In this document: positions 11,765 through 24,540 of the stretch, piece after piece | Layout: each line of letters opens with the position of its first letter | Position numbering within the stretch: the stretch's first letter is position 1 | From: Octopus sinensis | Taxonomy: Eukaryota | Length of the DNA stretch: 64,000 nt | Reading direction: 5' to 3' | Assembly: GCF_006345805.1 (NCBI RefSeq) | Contig: NC_043002.1 | Location: 94,426,001 to 94,490,000 of the forward strand | The notes under the pieces: generated by a model | Told to the model about the DNA's origin: nothing | The model's input: only the letters and a program-made list of their open reading frames with translations | Database searches by the model: none | Position numbers and translations under genes: made by a program

Positions 11765-12187
11765 GGAAAGAAAGGGAGCCTCTCTCGATAACAAGACAAA
11801 CAAAAATTTCGATGATTGCCTACATGGTAAACAAAGCGATAATTATCGCTTTGTTTCCTGATGAGAAGATTGCATAATGCACCCTTTATTCCTTTGGAAT
11901 GAGAACATGCTGTCTTCGAAAAATGTGTCGAGAGTAAAGGAATTTTGTTAACATCTTCGTTCGACTCCATTCTTTCATTTATTCTTATACAACACACAAA
12001 TTTCTACACATGAACCCGGAGTTTCTACCCTTGACAGGTCGCTTCAGCCGTGTTTTCTGACGTGAATTTGCTACCCAGGTTTCGGTTAAACGAATTTTCC
12101 ATGCTGACGATAAACATAGAATAATTCATTCACCTACTTATATATATATATATATATAGATAGATAGATAGATAGATAGAAATATAG

Positions 12188-12256
<69 letters not shown>

Positions 12257-12463
12257 TGCACATACATACAAAGAGATATATTCATATGTTCATTTACAAT
12301 TTTACAATGACTTTATAGAAACAATGTGCATGTTTGCACACACAGACGCACACACAACACACAAGTCTGTTTAAATTGTTATGAATTATGCATACTATTG
12401 GTTTCGCGCATTTGTGCGTATAATGTCTTCTAACACAGTTTCGTTCACAGCTGGGATGCTTCA

Positions 12464-12550
<87 letters not shown>

Positions 12551-12577
12551 TGTATCTATCTATCTATCTATCTATCC

Positions 12578-12631
<54 letters not shown>

Positions 12632-12660
12632 TGTATCTATCTATCTATCTATCTATCTAA

Positions 12661-12729
<69 letters not shown>

Positions 12730-12739
12730 CACACACACC

Positions 12740-12870
12740 TCTCCTTGTTTATGTTCCCTCCCTGTTTATTTCTGTGTTCTTTTCTGTCGAAGAGCGTAGG
12801 CTCGAAACCTAAAAGACACTTCCTGAGCGTTAAACTAATATAACTGCTTGTTGTTTTCACACCCGTCTTC
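12740..12870 (+). mobile_element. Penelope pLTR-like fragment with a degenerate HHR-like motif
   Basis: GTGTTCTTTT-CTGTCGA-A-GAGC(gtag)GCTC-GAAAC-CT-AAAAGACAC, then TTCCTGAGCGTTAAACTAATA. Confidence 0.4.
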
Positions 12871-12927
12871 ATCTTTTTTTATGTAACTTCTCACTATATA
12901 TATGTATATATGTACATGCATGTGTAA

Positions 12928-13043
<116 letters not shown>

Positions 13044-13259
13044 TGTTTCAGAATGAGATAAAAAAACAAGGCTGTGAAAATTTTAGGACATTAAGACCTC
13101 TGGGTCTTACTGACACCATTAGCTCTCATAAACCTATATATATATAGATATAGATGATACGTACATATATATAAATTGTATATCTACAACGGCGGTGCAT
13201 CAGCATGGCCGCAGCTCTGAGCTGAAACTAGAGAAAAAAAATATATATACACATGTACA

Positions 13260-13302
<43 letters not shown>

Positions 13303-13862
13303 GCAATCCCCCCATATATATATATATACACACATGTACATACATATATATATGTGTGTATGTGTGTGTATCATTAACTGTTTTAGTCATTAGACTGCGG
13401 CCATACTGGGGCACCGCCTTGAAGAATTTTAGCCGGATGAATTGACCCTAGGACTTATTTGTTTATAAAGTTTTAAACTTAATTTATCAGTATCTTTTGC
13501 CGAACCGCTTGGTTACGGGGACGTAAACACACCAAAACCAGCTGTCACGCAGTTGTGAAGAACAAATATAGATAGAGAGACAAACAGACAGACACACACA
13601 CAGATATACTCACACACATGTACAACGAACTTCTTTCAGTTTCCGTCTACCGAATCCGATCATAAGGCTTAGTCAGTCCGGTCCGAGGCTTAGCGGAAGA
13701 TATCTGCCCAAAGTCCCACGCAGTAGGGCTGAACCTCGAAACATGTGATTGGGAAACAAGCTTGTTCCACACGCCCCCACCATGCCTATATACATACTTG
13801 TGGTGCATGTATGTGTATATATATGCATGTATATATATATATACGCACATATACTATATGAT

Positions 13863-13893
<31 letters not shown>

Positions 13894-13901
13894 TATTTTA
13901 A

Positions 13902-14019
<118 letters not shown>

Positions 14020-14021
14020 CA

Positions 14022-14067
<46 letters not shown>

Positions 14068-14477
14068 TCTAGATATATAAATATATATATACACACATTT
14101 ATATATTTATACCAAAAATATTATATCTAAATGTATGTATATGTAAGTGCATATAATATATATACGGCATTGATTGACACGTACTTATTTTATTAAACCC
14201 GAAAAAATGAAAGGCAAAGATGGCTTCGGCGGAATTTGAACTCGGAATGTAAGGGGTCCTAAGTAAATGCCGCGAACTATTTTGTTCGATGCATTAACGC
14301 CTCTTCCTATCCACTAGTGTGAATTTTGTATTAGGGATTTCAAATCGTTCTTTATAGTATTACTTTATGGAGAACTTAGTGTGTTTACACGCCCACACAC
14401 TCCCAAATACATACTCATATATACATACATACATACATACATACATACACACACATACACACACACACACACACACG

Positions 14478-14516
<39 letters not shown>

Positions 14517-14864
14517 CGCAGATAGATGCATACGGACATAATGCATGTATACATATACACTCGTATGTATTTTCGTACATAAATATATATATAACCACAT
14601 GACATATATACGTAGACACATATATACGTAATACATTCAAACACGTATACATAGCAGCGAACACATACACACACGATCAAGCATACGTACAACTAGAAGC
14701 GAATATACATCATATGTACATATGTACATGGATGCATCCAGACAGATATGTGGGATAATATAAATTAGCGAAATATTATGATTGAAAGGATGATAGGCAA
14801 AACAAGATACCTTCCTTCTCAACCTTACTACCAGGTAGTTTGCCGGCCAAAATCAACTCTCAAT

Positions 14865-14948
<84 letters not shown>

Positions 14949-15453
14949 CATACATTCTATTAACAAGGCGTTAGTCGGCCCGAGGCTATAGTAGAAAACA
15001 CCTGACCAACGTGCTACGCAGTGGTTCAGGGTTCGATTCCACTATAGCCTCGGGCTGAACAAAGCTTTGTGAGTAGAACCTTAAAGAAACCCCGCCGTAT
15101 ACGCACACACACACATACACGCACACACATAAATATACCTGTGTGTGTGTGTGTGTGTTTGTCTCCACCACAGCTTGACAACCGGCGTAGGTGTATTTAT
15201 GTCCCCGTAACTTAGCGGTTCGGCAAGAATCGGGAGAATAAGTACCAAGATTAAAAATAAATAAGTACAGGGGTCGATTCCCTCGGCTAAAAGTCTTCAA
15301 GGTCGTGTTCCAGTATGGCCACAGTCTAATGACTGAAACAAAGCATACATATATACATACATACATACATTCATACATACATACATACATACTTGATCAT
15401 GATATCTGGGACAATAAAATCTGCAAGACTTTCTTGAGATCTAAAGGATGATG

Positions 15454-15889
15454 GGATCTTTTCGGTTTGAACGGCAGTTTTTAACATAATTTCTAGGTAA
15501 CTAAAAAATTTTAAACTTCGTATACTGGTACAAAGTGTTTATAAAACACCTTTTTCTCTTGGCTTTATTGAGAAAATTCTATAGTTTTTAAGATATTTGT
15601 TTTTTTTTTTCTTCAACTTCTGCAATTTCAACCAATCACTGACGTATATTGAGGTAAAAAAAAACATTCTGTGCCGTATGAATATGTCCCTCGTTTAAGA
15701 AACAGATTGGGTTTATTTACATTTGTGATGAAAAAAAAGATACCCTTCCCCCATCCCTAACCCTAACCCTAACTAACCCTAACCCTAAAACAGATTGAAA
15801 TGTAATAGGTCGATACTAGGGTCATAATTATGGGTGACAATTTCATATGACACCGCTAGAAAAAACTGCCGGTCAAACCGAAAAGATCC
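15454..15889 (+). mobile_element. Merlin-type MITE copy 2
   Basis: Same TIRs; perfect 8-bp TSD GGATGATG (15446-15453, 15890-15897). Confidence 0.9.
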
Positions 15890-16073
15890 GGATGATGAAC
15901 AAAACATGTTGCTTTCCTTCACCCTCTTGCAACCAAGAAAGTTGGCCCGTCAAACTTAACTGTAAATTAAAAACAGAAAAGGAAAACTTACTGCGATGCA
16001 ATGAAGTACATGCATAAATATAATGAGAACGAAACGAACTGTTTTAAATAAATCTAAATAATGTAAATTTAGG

Positions 16074-16330
16074 TGGAGGCGCGTGGCTTAGTGGTAAGGG
16101 TGTCAGCATCATGATCGTATGATTGTGGTTTCGGTTCCTGGACTGGGCGACGCGTTGTGTTCTTGAGCAAAACACTTCATTTCACGTTATTCACTCCAGT
16201 CCACTCAGCTAGCAAAAATGAGTGACGCTGCGATGGACTGGCGGCCCGTCCAGGTGGGGAACACATGCGCCATAGAAACCGGGAAACCGGACCCTTGAGT
16301 CTGGCTAGGGTTTAAAAGGGCGCGTTTATA
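16074..16330 (+). mobile_element. tRNA-derived SINE, family D
   Basis: A/B boxes, TGTTCTTGAGCAAAACACTT core, tail GCGATGGACTGGCGGCCCGTCCAGG..AGAAACCGGGAAACCGG. Confidence 0.75.
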
Positions 16331-16982
16331 TTTATTAATGTAAACTTAAAAAGGATTTTTGGTGACTCTTTTCTTCAGACCAACAGTGTTGAGTTACAGA
16401 TCTTAAGTTAATAATTTAGTTTCGACAGATAAATTAGTTTTGAATTAGTTGATTTTTCATTCTTTACTTTTCTTCTTGTTCGAAACAGAAATCTTTTGAA
16501 ATATGTCGACAAATACGGAATAATAGGCGCAGGCGTGGCTTATTGGTAAAACGCTTGTTTCCCGACCACATATGGTTCCGGATTCAGTCCCACTGCGTGG
16601 CACCTTGGACAAGTGTCTTCTACTATAGCCTCGGACCGACCAAAACCTTGTGAGTGGATTTAGTAGATGAAAAACTGAAAGAAGCCTGTGGTATATATGT
16701 GTTTGTGTTTGTGTATGCATATATATATATATGTGTGTATGTGTGTCGTTGTGTCTGTGTTTGTCCCACCCCACAACCGCAGTTCGGCAAAATGGATCGA
16801 CAGAATAAGTACCAGGCTTAAATTAAAAAAGAAAAGTACTGTGGTCGATTTAATTCGACTATAAATTCTTCAAGGCGGTGCTCCAGCATGGCCGCAGTCT
16901 AATGACTGAAACAAGTAAAAAAAATAAAAGATGAAAGAAACAAATATCCTGAAACCACAGCAAAATGAATAAATAAGTGAAA

Positions 16983-17226
16983 CGCGCAGGAGTGGCTGTG
17001 TGGTAAGTAGCTTGCTAACCAACCACATGGTTCCGGGTTCAGTCCCACTTCGTGGCATCTTGGGCAAGTGTCTTCTGCTATAGCCTCGGGCCGACCAAAG
17101 CCTTGTGAGTGAATTTGGTAGACGGAAACTGAAAGAAGCCTGTCGTATATATGTATATATATATATATATAATATATATATATATATTATATATATTATA
17201 TATATTATATATATAATATATATTAT

Positions 17227-17301
<75 letters not shown>

Positions 17302-17520
17302 GTTTGTGTGTCTGTGTTTGTCCCTCTAGCATTGCTTGACAACCGGTGCTGGTGTGTTTACGTCCCCGGCACCTAGCGGTTCGACAAAAGAGAAGACCGA
17401 TAGAATAAGTACTGGGCTTACAAAAGAATAAGTCCCGGGGTCGATTTGCTCGACCAAAGGCGGTGCTCCATCATGGCCGCAGTCAAATGACTGAAACAAG
17501 TAAAAGAGTAAAAGAGTAAC
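16983..17520 (+). mobile_element. tRNA/CORE-type SINE, family B, with internal (TA)n (other copies at about 13185-13785 -, 14960-15340, 16525-16925 +, 21220-21610, 27866-28260 +, 33656-33745 +, 34060-34375 +, 53865-54242 -)
   Basis: GCGCAGGAGTGGCTGTGTGGTAAG head, CCTTGGGCAAGTGTCTT-type core, tail GGTGCTCCAGCATGGCCGCAGTCAAATGACTGAAACAAG(TAAAAGAG)n. Confidence 0.85.
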
Positions 17521-17594
17521 AAAAAAAAAAAAAAAACAAACAAAACGATGTGAAATTTAACAGTAAACAGTAATAGAATAAAAAAGAAACTTAC

Positions 17595-17667
17595 CGTTTA
17601 TTGTTGCAATGAAGGCGATGAGTATCGTGCAAAGAAATCCGACGTTGGAACCGAACACGTAAATCAT
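17595..17667 (-). CDS. Candidate first coding exon of a host gene for a secreted or membrane protein (MIYVFGSNVGFLCTILIAFIATIN + phase-1 G)
   Basis: The minus strand reads aaccATG (A at -3), 24 codons with a hydrophobic core, then G|GTAAGTTTC, a canonical donor (+ strand acttac at 17589-17594). It lies in non-repeat sequence next to a GC-rich block. No downstream exon identified. Confidence 0.6.
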
Positions 17668-18065
17668 GGTTAATTGTGTATAATTATGCACTTTAATTTT
17701 CACCCTCAAGCTGAAGATGCACAGCGGCGGCGGCGGCGGGGGTGGGGGTGGTGGTGGAGTAAATGGAGAGTAACCGTTTCGTGTGTATGTGCACCAGGAG
17801 TATAAAGCCGTGTAAACTATTTAAAAATAAATAAAAGTTGCAATACTCGCGTTAGCTTTTCGTCAGAGCAACAACCACAACAACAACAGCAGCAGCGCAG
17901 CAGCAGCGGCAGCGGCGAGCGGCAGCATCGGCAGCATCGGCAGCATCGGCAGCAGCAGCAGCAACCACAGCAACTTCACCAGTCCACACAAACAGCAGTA
18001 ACATCACTAGCAACGGTAGCAGCAGTAGTAATGACGGAGAGGCTCATTAGTAGTAGTATTAGTAT

Positions 18066-18113
<48 letters not shown>

Positions 18114-18200
18114 ATGTAGTAGTAGTAGTAGTAATTGACGGCAGCGAAGCCTGCAGGAGCAGTGCAATATGCACCGCTGTTCAATTGGATTACCTATGTT
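17668..18200 (-). promoter_or_regulatory. Putative 5'UTR/promoter region with CGG, CAG, (GGCAGCATC)3 and (TAG)n repeats
   Basis: Local GC/CpG enrichment in an AT-rich window, directly upstream of the candidate ATG exon. TSS not determinable from sequence. Confidence 0.35.
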
Positions 18201-18425
18201 TATAATGATTATATGATGTGCACAGTGAACAGTGCAAGCAATGGTAACTGCTTGTTAAAATGCAGATAGGCTACAGTAGCACTATGGTTTCTTTATCAAT
18301 AAGCTTTATAGCTTGGCAATTAATTTTACAACAACATTGTAGCTATCATTTTAGCATAACCTGTTTTTTGCTGCTGCTGGCAGCAAAAACTAACTTATTT
18401 GTATTGATAACAACACACGAACAGG

Positions 18426-18461
<36 letters not shown>

Positions 18462-18529
18462 CACATACGAACTCAAGAAGTTGTAGACACACAGCCACAG
18501 TAAGACTTTCAGTATATATATATGTTACA

Positions 18530-18952
18530 AAGGCGGCGAGCTGGCAGAATCGTTAGCACGCCGGGCGAAATGCGTAGCCGTATTTCGTCTGCCGCTACGT
18601 TCTGAGTTCAAATTCCGCCGAGGTCGACTTTGCCTTTCATCCTTTCAGGGTCGATAAATTAAGTACCAGGTACGCACTGGGGTCGATATAATCGACTTAA
18701 TCTGTCTGTCTGTCTGTCCTTGTTTGTCCCCTCTGTGTTTAGCCCCTCGTGGGTAGTAAAGAAATAGGTATTTAGTCTGTCTTTACATTCCGAGTTCAAA
18801 TTCCGCCGAGGTCGACTTTGCCTTTCATCCTTTCAGGGTCGATAAATTAAGTACCAGTTACGCACTGGGGTCGATATAATCGACTTAATCTGTCTGTCTG
18901 TCTGTCCTTGTTTGTCCCCTCTATGTTTAGCCCTTTGTGGGTAGTAAAGAAA
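18530..18952 (+). mobile_element. SINE family A with a local 188-bp tandem duplication (other family-A copies at about 1-65, 5040-5270, 8270-8710, 10008-10147, 10878-11037, 14170-14290, 31482-31695, 35640-35866, 45300-45435, 47465-47645, 63325-63545, 63800-64000)
   Basis: GGCGGCGAGCTGGCAGAATCGTTAGC head, GAGTTCAAATTCC B box, GTCGACTTTGCCTTTCATCCTTTC.GGGTCGATAAA body. Confidence 0.85.
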
Positions 18953-19419
18953 CATATATATGTTACAACACACAACACACTCCTATTTTCTTTACTTGTT
19001 TCTGTCATTTAACTGTGTGGTCATGATGGGGGCAACGCAATGAAAGGTTCTAGATGAATAGATTTTCCTCGGTGTTTAAATGTTCTGGTTTTTTTTTTTT
19101 TTTTTTTTTGTTAAAGAAATACAAGTCTTGAACAATTTCATTAGGTGTCTTTTGCCACTAAGTTACGAGGACGTAAAAACAAAACTAGCATCGGTAATGA
19201 AGCAGGAAGCGGGATGCGAACAACCCCAAAGACATACACACATATTGTGTTCAACGTTTTTTTGATGTCCTGTACCCATATATGCATGTATATATACATA
19301 TATATGTAGGTATGTACATATAAGTATGTATATATTATTTATATTATTATATGACCGAACGCCACGCATCCTTTTCCAAGTAAGTTTTACACACAAATAT
19401 ACATGTGTGTATATATATA

Positions 19420-19916
19420 TATATATGGAAGGTGCTGTTCCGGGATATAGCATGGCCGCGGCCTTCAGGCTAAAACATTTTAAAGGATTTTAGGGATTTA
19501 CATATATATATATATATGGAAGGTGCTGTTTCGGGATGGTAAGATAAACAAAAAAAATAAATAAAAGTACTCCATCTAGTGAGATAAATATTATCTTTTC
19601 TTCTATAGGCTCAAGTTTTTAAATTTGGAGGGAGGGGGCGAGTCGATCACACCGAAACCTGGTGTTGTATTGGTAATTATTTCATCACCCCGAAAAGCTG
19701 AAAGGTTAATTTCTCAGCGGGATTTGAACTCAGAACGTAAAGACGGACGAATTGGTGGTAGGCATTTCCCCCGGGGCTTTAACAATTGCGCCAACTCACC
19801 GCCTTGTATGTATGTATGTATGTATGTATGTATGTATGTATCTATCTATCTATCATCTATCTATCTATCTATCTCTATCTATCTATCTATCTATCTATCT
19901 CTATCTATCTATCTAC

Positions 19917-19981
<65 letters not shown>

Positions 19982-20015
19982 AATCTATCTATCTATCTAT
20001 CTATCTATCTCTCTG

Positions 20016-20052
<37 letters not shown>

Positions 20053-20192
20053 TTATCAATCTAACTATCTGCCTATCTACATACATACACATACATATAT
20101 ATATACATATATATACACACATATATATACATGTATATATGTATATATACATATGCATGTATGCATATATATATGTATTTATATACATATAC

Positions 20193-20237
<45 letters not shown>

Positions 20238-20240
20238 ATA

Positions 20241-20271
<31 letters not shown>

Positions 20272-20713
20272 TATATGGAAGGTGCTGTTCCGGGATATAG
20301 CATGGCCGCGGCCTTCGGGCTAAAACATTTTTAAGGATTTTAGGGATTTACATATATATATATGGAAGGTGCTGTTTCGGGATGGTAAGATAACAAAAAT
20401 AATAAATAAAAGTACTCCATCTAGTGAGATAAATATTATCTTTTCTTCTATAGGCTCAAGTTTTTAAATTTGGAGGGAGGGGGCGAGTCGATCACACCGA
20501 AACCCTGGTGTTGTATTGGTAATTATTTCATCACCCCGAAAAGCTGAAAGGTTAATTTCTCAGCGGGATTTGAACTCAGAACGTAAAGACGGACGAATTG
20601 GTGGTAGGCATTTCCCCCGGGGCTTTAACAATTGCGCCAACTCACCGCCTTGTATGTATGTATGTATGTATGTATGTATGTATGTATGTATGTATGTATC
20701 TATCTATCTATCA

Positions 20714-20758
<45 letters not shown>

Positions 20759-20759
20759 C

Positions 20760-20792
<33 letters not shown>

Positions 20793-20793
20793 A

Positions 20794-20845
<52 letters not shown>

Positions 20846-20995
20846 CTCTGTCTATCTATCTATCTATCTACCTATCTATCTATCTATTTATCAATCTAAC
20901 TATCTGCCTATCTACATACATACACATACATATATATATACATATATAACACACATATATATACATGTATATATGTATATATACATGTATATATG

Positions 20996-21026
<31 letters not shown>

Positions 21027-21120
21027 GTATTTATATACATATACATACATACATACATATATATATATATATATTATATATATATATATGTATATAGATA
21101 TATTTATATATCTATATATA
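19420..21120. repeat. About 850-bp direct tandem duplication
   Basis: TGGAAGGTGCTGTTCCGGGATATAGC at 19426 and 20276; unique parts near-identical, microsatellite lengths differ. Confidence 0.9.
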
Positions 21121-21177
21121 TGTATATATATATATATATATGTATATATATGTGTGTATATATACATACACACACAC

Positions 21178-21213
<36 letters not shown>

Positions 21214-21717
21214 GAGACTAGCACACAGTTACCTTCTGTCGAATTGACTCACAAGACATGGGTCAGCTGGGGCTATCGTAGATGAAACTTGCCTAAGACG
21301 ACGTGCAGGGAGGCTGAACCTGAAACCCAGCAGTTGCAAAGCAAACGTCGCGCGCATTTGTAACTGGTGTATATATTCCTTATCCTTCATTTATTATTAT
21401 TTGCGCTTCCCGCCTGGGTCGACTTTGCCTTGCGTACTTTCGAGGTCGATAGAGGCGGACGGAACCTTGTGGTTGAGAAGCTTTCTTCCCAACCATGTGG
21501 GCTTGCGTTCAATCCCATTACGCGGCACCTCAGTCAAGTCTGTTCTTCTATAACCCCGGGCAAACCAAAGTTTTGTGAGTGGATTTGGTAGACAGAAACT
21601 GAAAGAAGCACCTAATAATATATAAACATTTAATTATTAAAGGGGGAAAAATTATCAGAAAAGCCATTTCGATTTCTTTCTTCAAGTATATAATTCTGTA
21701 CCAAGGACGTTCTGTTT

Positions 21718-21719
<2 letters not shown>

Positions 21720-21767
<48 letters not shown>

Positions 21768-21953
21768 ACTGCTGCTGCTGCTGCTGTTACTACTACTACT
21801 ACACCACCACCACAACCACCACCACCACCACCACCACCACTACTACTACACCACCACCACAACCACCACAACCACCACCACCACCACCACCACTACTACT
21901 ATAACTACCACTACTACTACTACACCACCACCACAACCACCACAACCACCACC

Positions 21954-21997
<44 letters not shown>

Positions 21998-22068
21998 ACC
22001 ACCACAACCAGCACAACCACCACCACCACCACTACTACTACTATTACTACTGCTGTTGCTGCTGCTGT

Positions 22069-22107
<39 letters not shown>

Positions 22108-22110
22108 CAC
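21720..22110. repeat. Compound trinucleotide array (CTA/CTG/CCA)
   Basis: Direct inspection. Confidence 0.95.
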
Positions 22111-22464
22111 TGTGTGTGTGTGTGCGCAAATATATCTGTGTTTGTATTGTTTTTCTCTACAAAGGCTTGGCAACCAGTGTTGGTTTGTTTACAGACAGAA
22201 TAAATACCAGGCATAAAAAGTAAGTACTGGGGTCGATTTGTTCTGTTTACCAACGACCTGGTAAAAATAAAATAGTAAATGGTAAACAAAAAAAAACTAA
22301 CAAAACTCAAAGAGGAACGAATGGGTTCCTATTTACCATGTGGCTGTTGTTTTAGCTACAGGGGATATCCTAAGCTCTATGAAACTTATTTCGTGGGGAT
22401 TTCCTTGCCAAGTACTGAACCTACGTTTTGGAGCCGTCTCACTCTTATAAGTTAAATAATAATG

Positions 22465-23032
<568 letters not shown>

Positions 23033-23239
23033 TACATACATGAAGTTGTGTACATACATGAAGCCCTTTTCAGTAAATAATGATTTTCTTATTAACTATT
23101 GAGTTCTTCTATATACGTGGTTGTGCTTGTTTGTGCAAACAGGCATACATGCATATAAGTACACACATATATGAGTATCTATATCTGCCAATATCTTCCT
23201 TTCCCCCACCCCGATTTCCTGCCCTCTTTCTCATTCCAT

Positions 23240-23271
<32 letters not shown>

Positions 23272-23374
23272 CATTTCTATGTATGTATGTGTGTATGTAT
23301 GTATGTATGTATGTATGTATGTATGTATGTCTGTATGCATGTATGTCAGGTCACTTTCGAGTGCTACTGGTAAC

Positions 23375-23820
23375 ATGTAACCCAGTACAACCTGTTGCAT
23401 GGTCGGGTCGTCGGCGACTAAACCGGCAACCCCACCAAGCTTGCTTGATGAGGAGGGTGTTTATTGCACACCCTGCGGGATGAAAAACAAAACCCGTCAA
23501 AGGGCGGAGGAACTCTTGATAGTCAACGTCCATCCAATAAATGTCTTAAGGCTGTATCATGCGCGGGGACATAGAAATAATCGGACTGAATACCCGATCG
23601 GGCGGTTAAACCATTGGGAGTGAATGACTCCTAGCCTTTGTTAGGGCATCCTTCTAGGAGAAGGTAACTCAGGTAACTGAGATAACTCCGACATAAAACC
23701 TGCAGCTCAGTGGTTACCGATGATGTTGACTTGCTCTTCTTTTCGGATTATGGCTGCTGTTGCTTAGTGAGTGGGATTGACTCAGTGCACAGCCTTTCCT
23801 CACTTAAAAAAAAACTTCTT
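23375..23820 (+). mobile_element. Probable RTE-type LINE 5'UTR fragment
   Basis: GC-rich segment containing CTAGGAGAAGGTAACTC...AAAACC, which resembles a motif I recall from RTE 5'UTRs. Confidence 0.35.
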
Positions 23821-23924
23821 GCACAGGCATTGCACGATAACAACATTGATTAAGCTTCGTGCAATGGCCATACTCGATAACGAGGGGGCAGCCACCATGT
23901 ATGTATGTATGTATGTATGTATGA

Positions 23925-24115
23925 CCGCGTGTGTACCGTTGGCGATTTTTTTTCCTCCGTCTTCCCTTCTCTGGATCTTTCCTTCTCCTGTGTTTCCGAC
24001 GAAGAGCTCGGCTCGAAACGTTAAACCCTCCTTCTTTCCTTCTTTCCTGAGCGTCCAATAATACTATATTTGTTCCACGTCCTCGCGTTGTTGTGTTTTC
24101 ATGTTTGGATTAACT
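23925..24115 (+). mobile_element. Penelope pLTR-like fragment between (ATGT)n tracts
   Basis: Contains the HHR-like motif followed by TTCCTGAGCGT..AATA, shared with 12740-12870. Confidence 0.45.
23992..24026 (+). ncRNA. Hammerhead-like variant (core CCGACGA) in a Penelope-like fragment
   Basis: GTTT-CCGACGA-A-GAGC(tcg)GCTC-GAAAC-GTT^AAAC: stems I and II pair perfectly; U4C core deviation. Confidence 0.5.
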
Positions 24116-24294
24116 ATGTATGTATCTACCTATCTAGGGATTCCCTTAATAGTTGTCATGACATTAGTAATATTCTAAGAGAGATTTAATCAACTACACA
24201 ACCCCCAACGCTTTCTATTGTCGTTGTTTAACTAGCCGACTATGGTCGTAGTACAATACCATCGTTGTTCTTTCTTTTATTAAAAACAAAAATG

Positions 24295-24540
24295 GGATCT
24301 TTTCGGTTTGAACGGCAGTCTTTTTCTAGCGGTATCATATGAAATTGTCACCCATAATCATGACCCTAGTATCGATCTATTGCATTTCAATCTGTTTTAG
24401 GGTTAGGGATGGGGGGAAGGGTATATTTTTTTCTTCACAAATGTAAATAAACCCAATCTGTTTCTTAAACGAGGGACATATTCATACGGCACAGAATGTT
24501 TTTTACCTCAATAGACGTCAGTGATTGGTTGAAATTGCAG
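24295..24540 (-). mobile_element. Merlin-type MITE copy 3 (half copy, abutting Chapaev3)
   Basis: One TIR plus the telomeric-repeat half; truncated at GAAATTGCAG. Confidence 0.85.

Noticed and set aside
15975-16040. Minus-strand GTAAGT donor near 15987
   Set aside because: No convincing acceptor or reading frame upstream of it.
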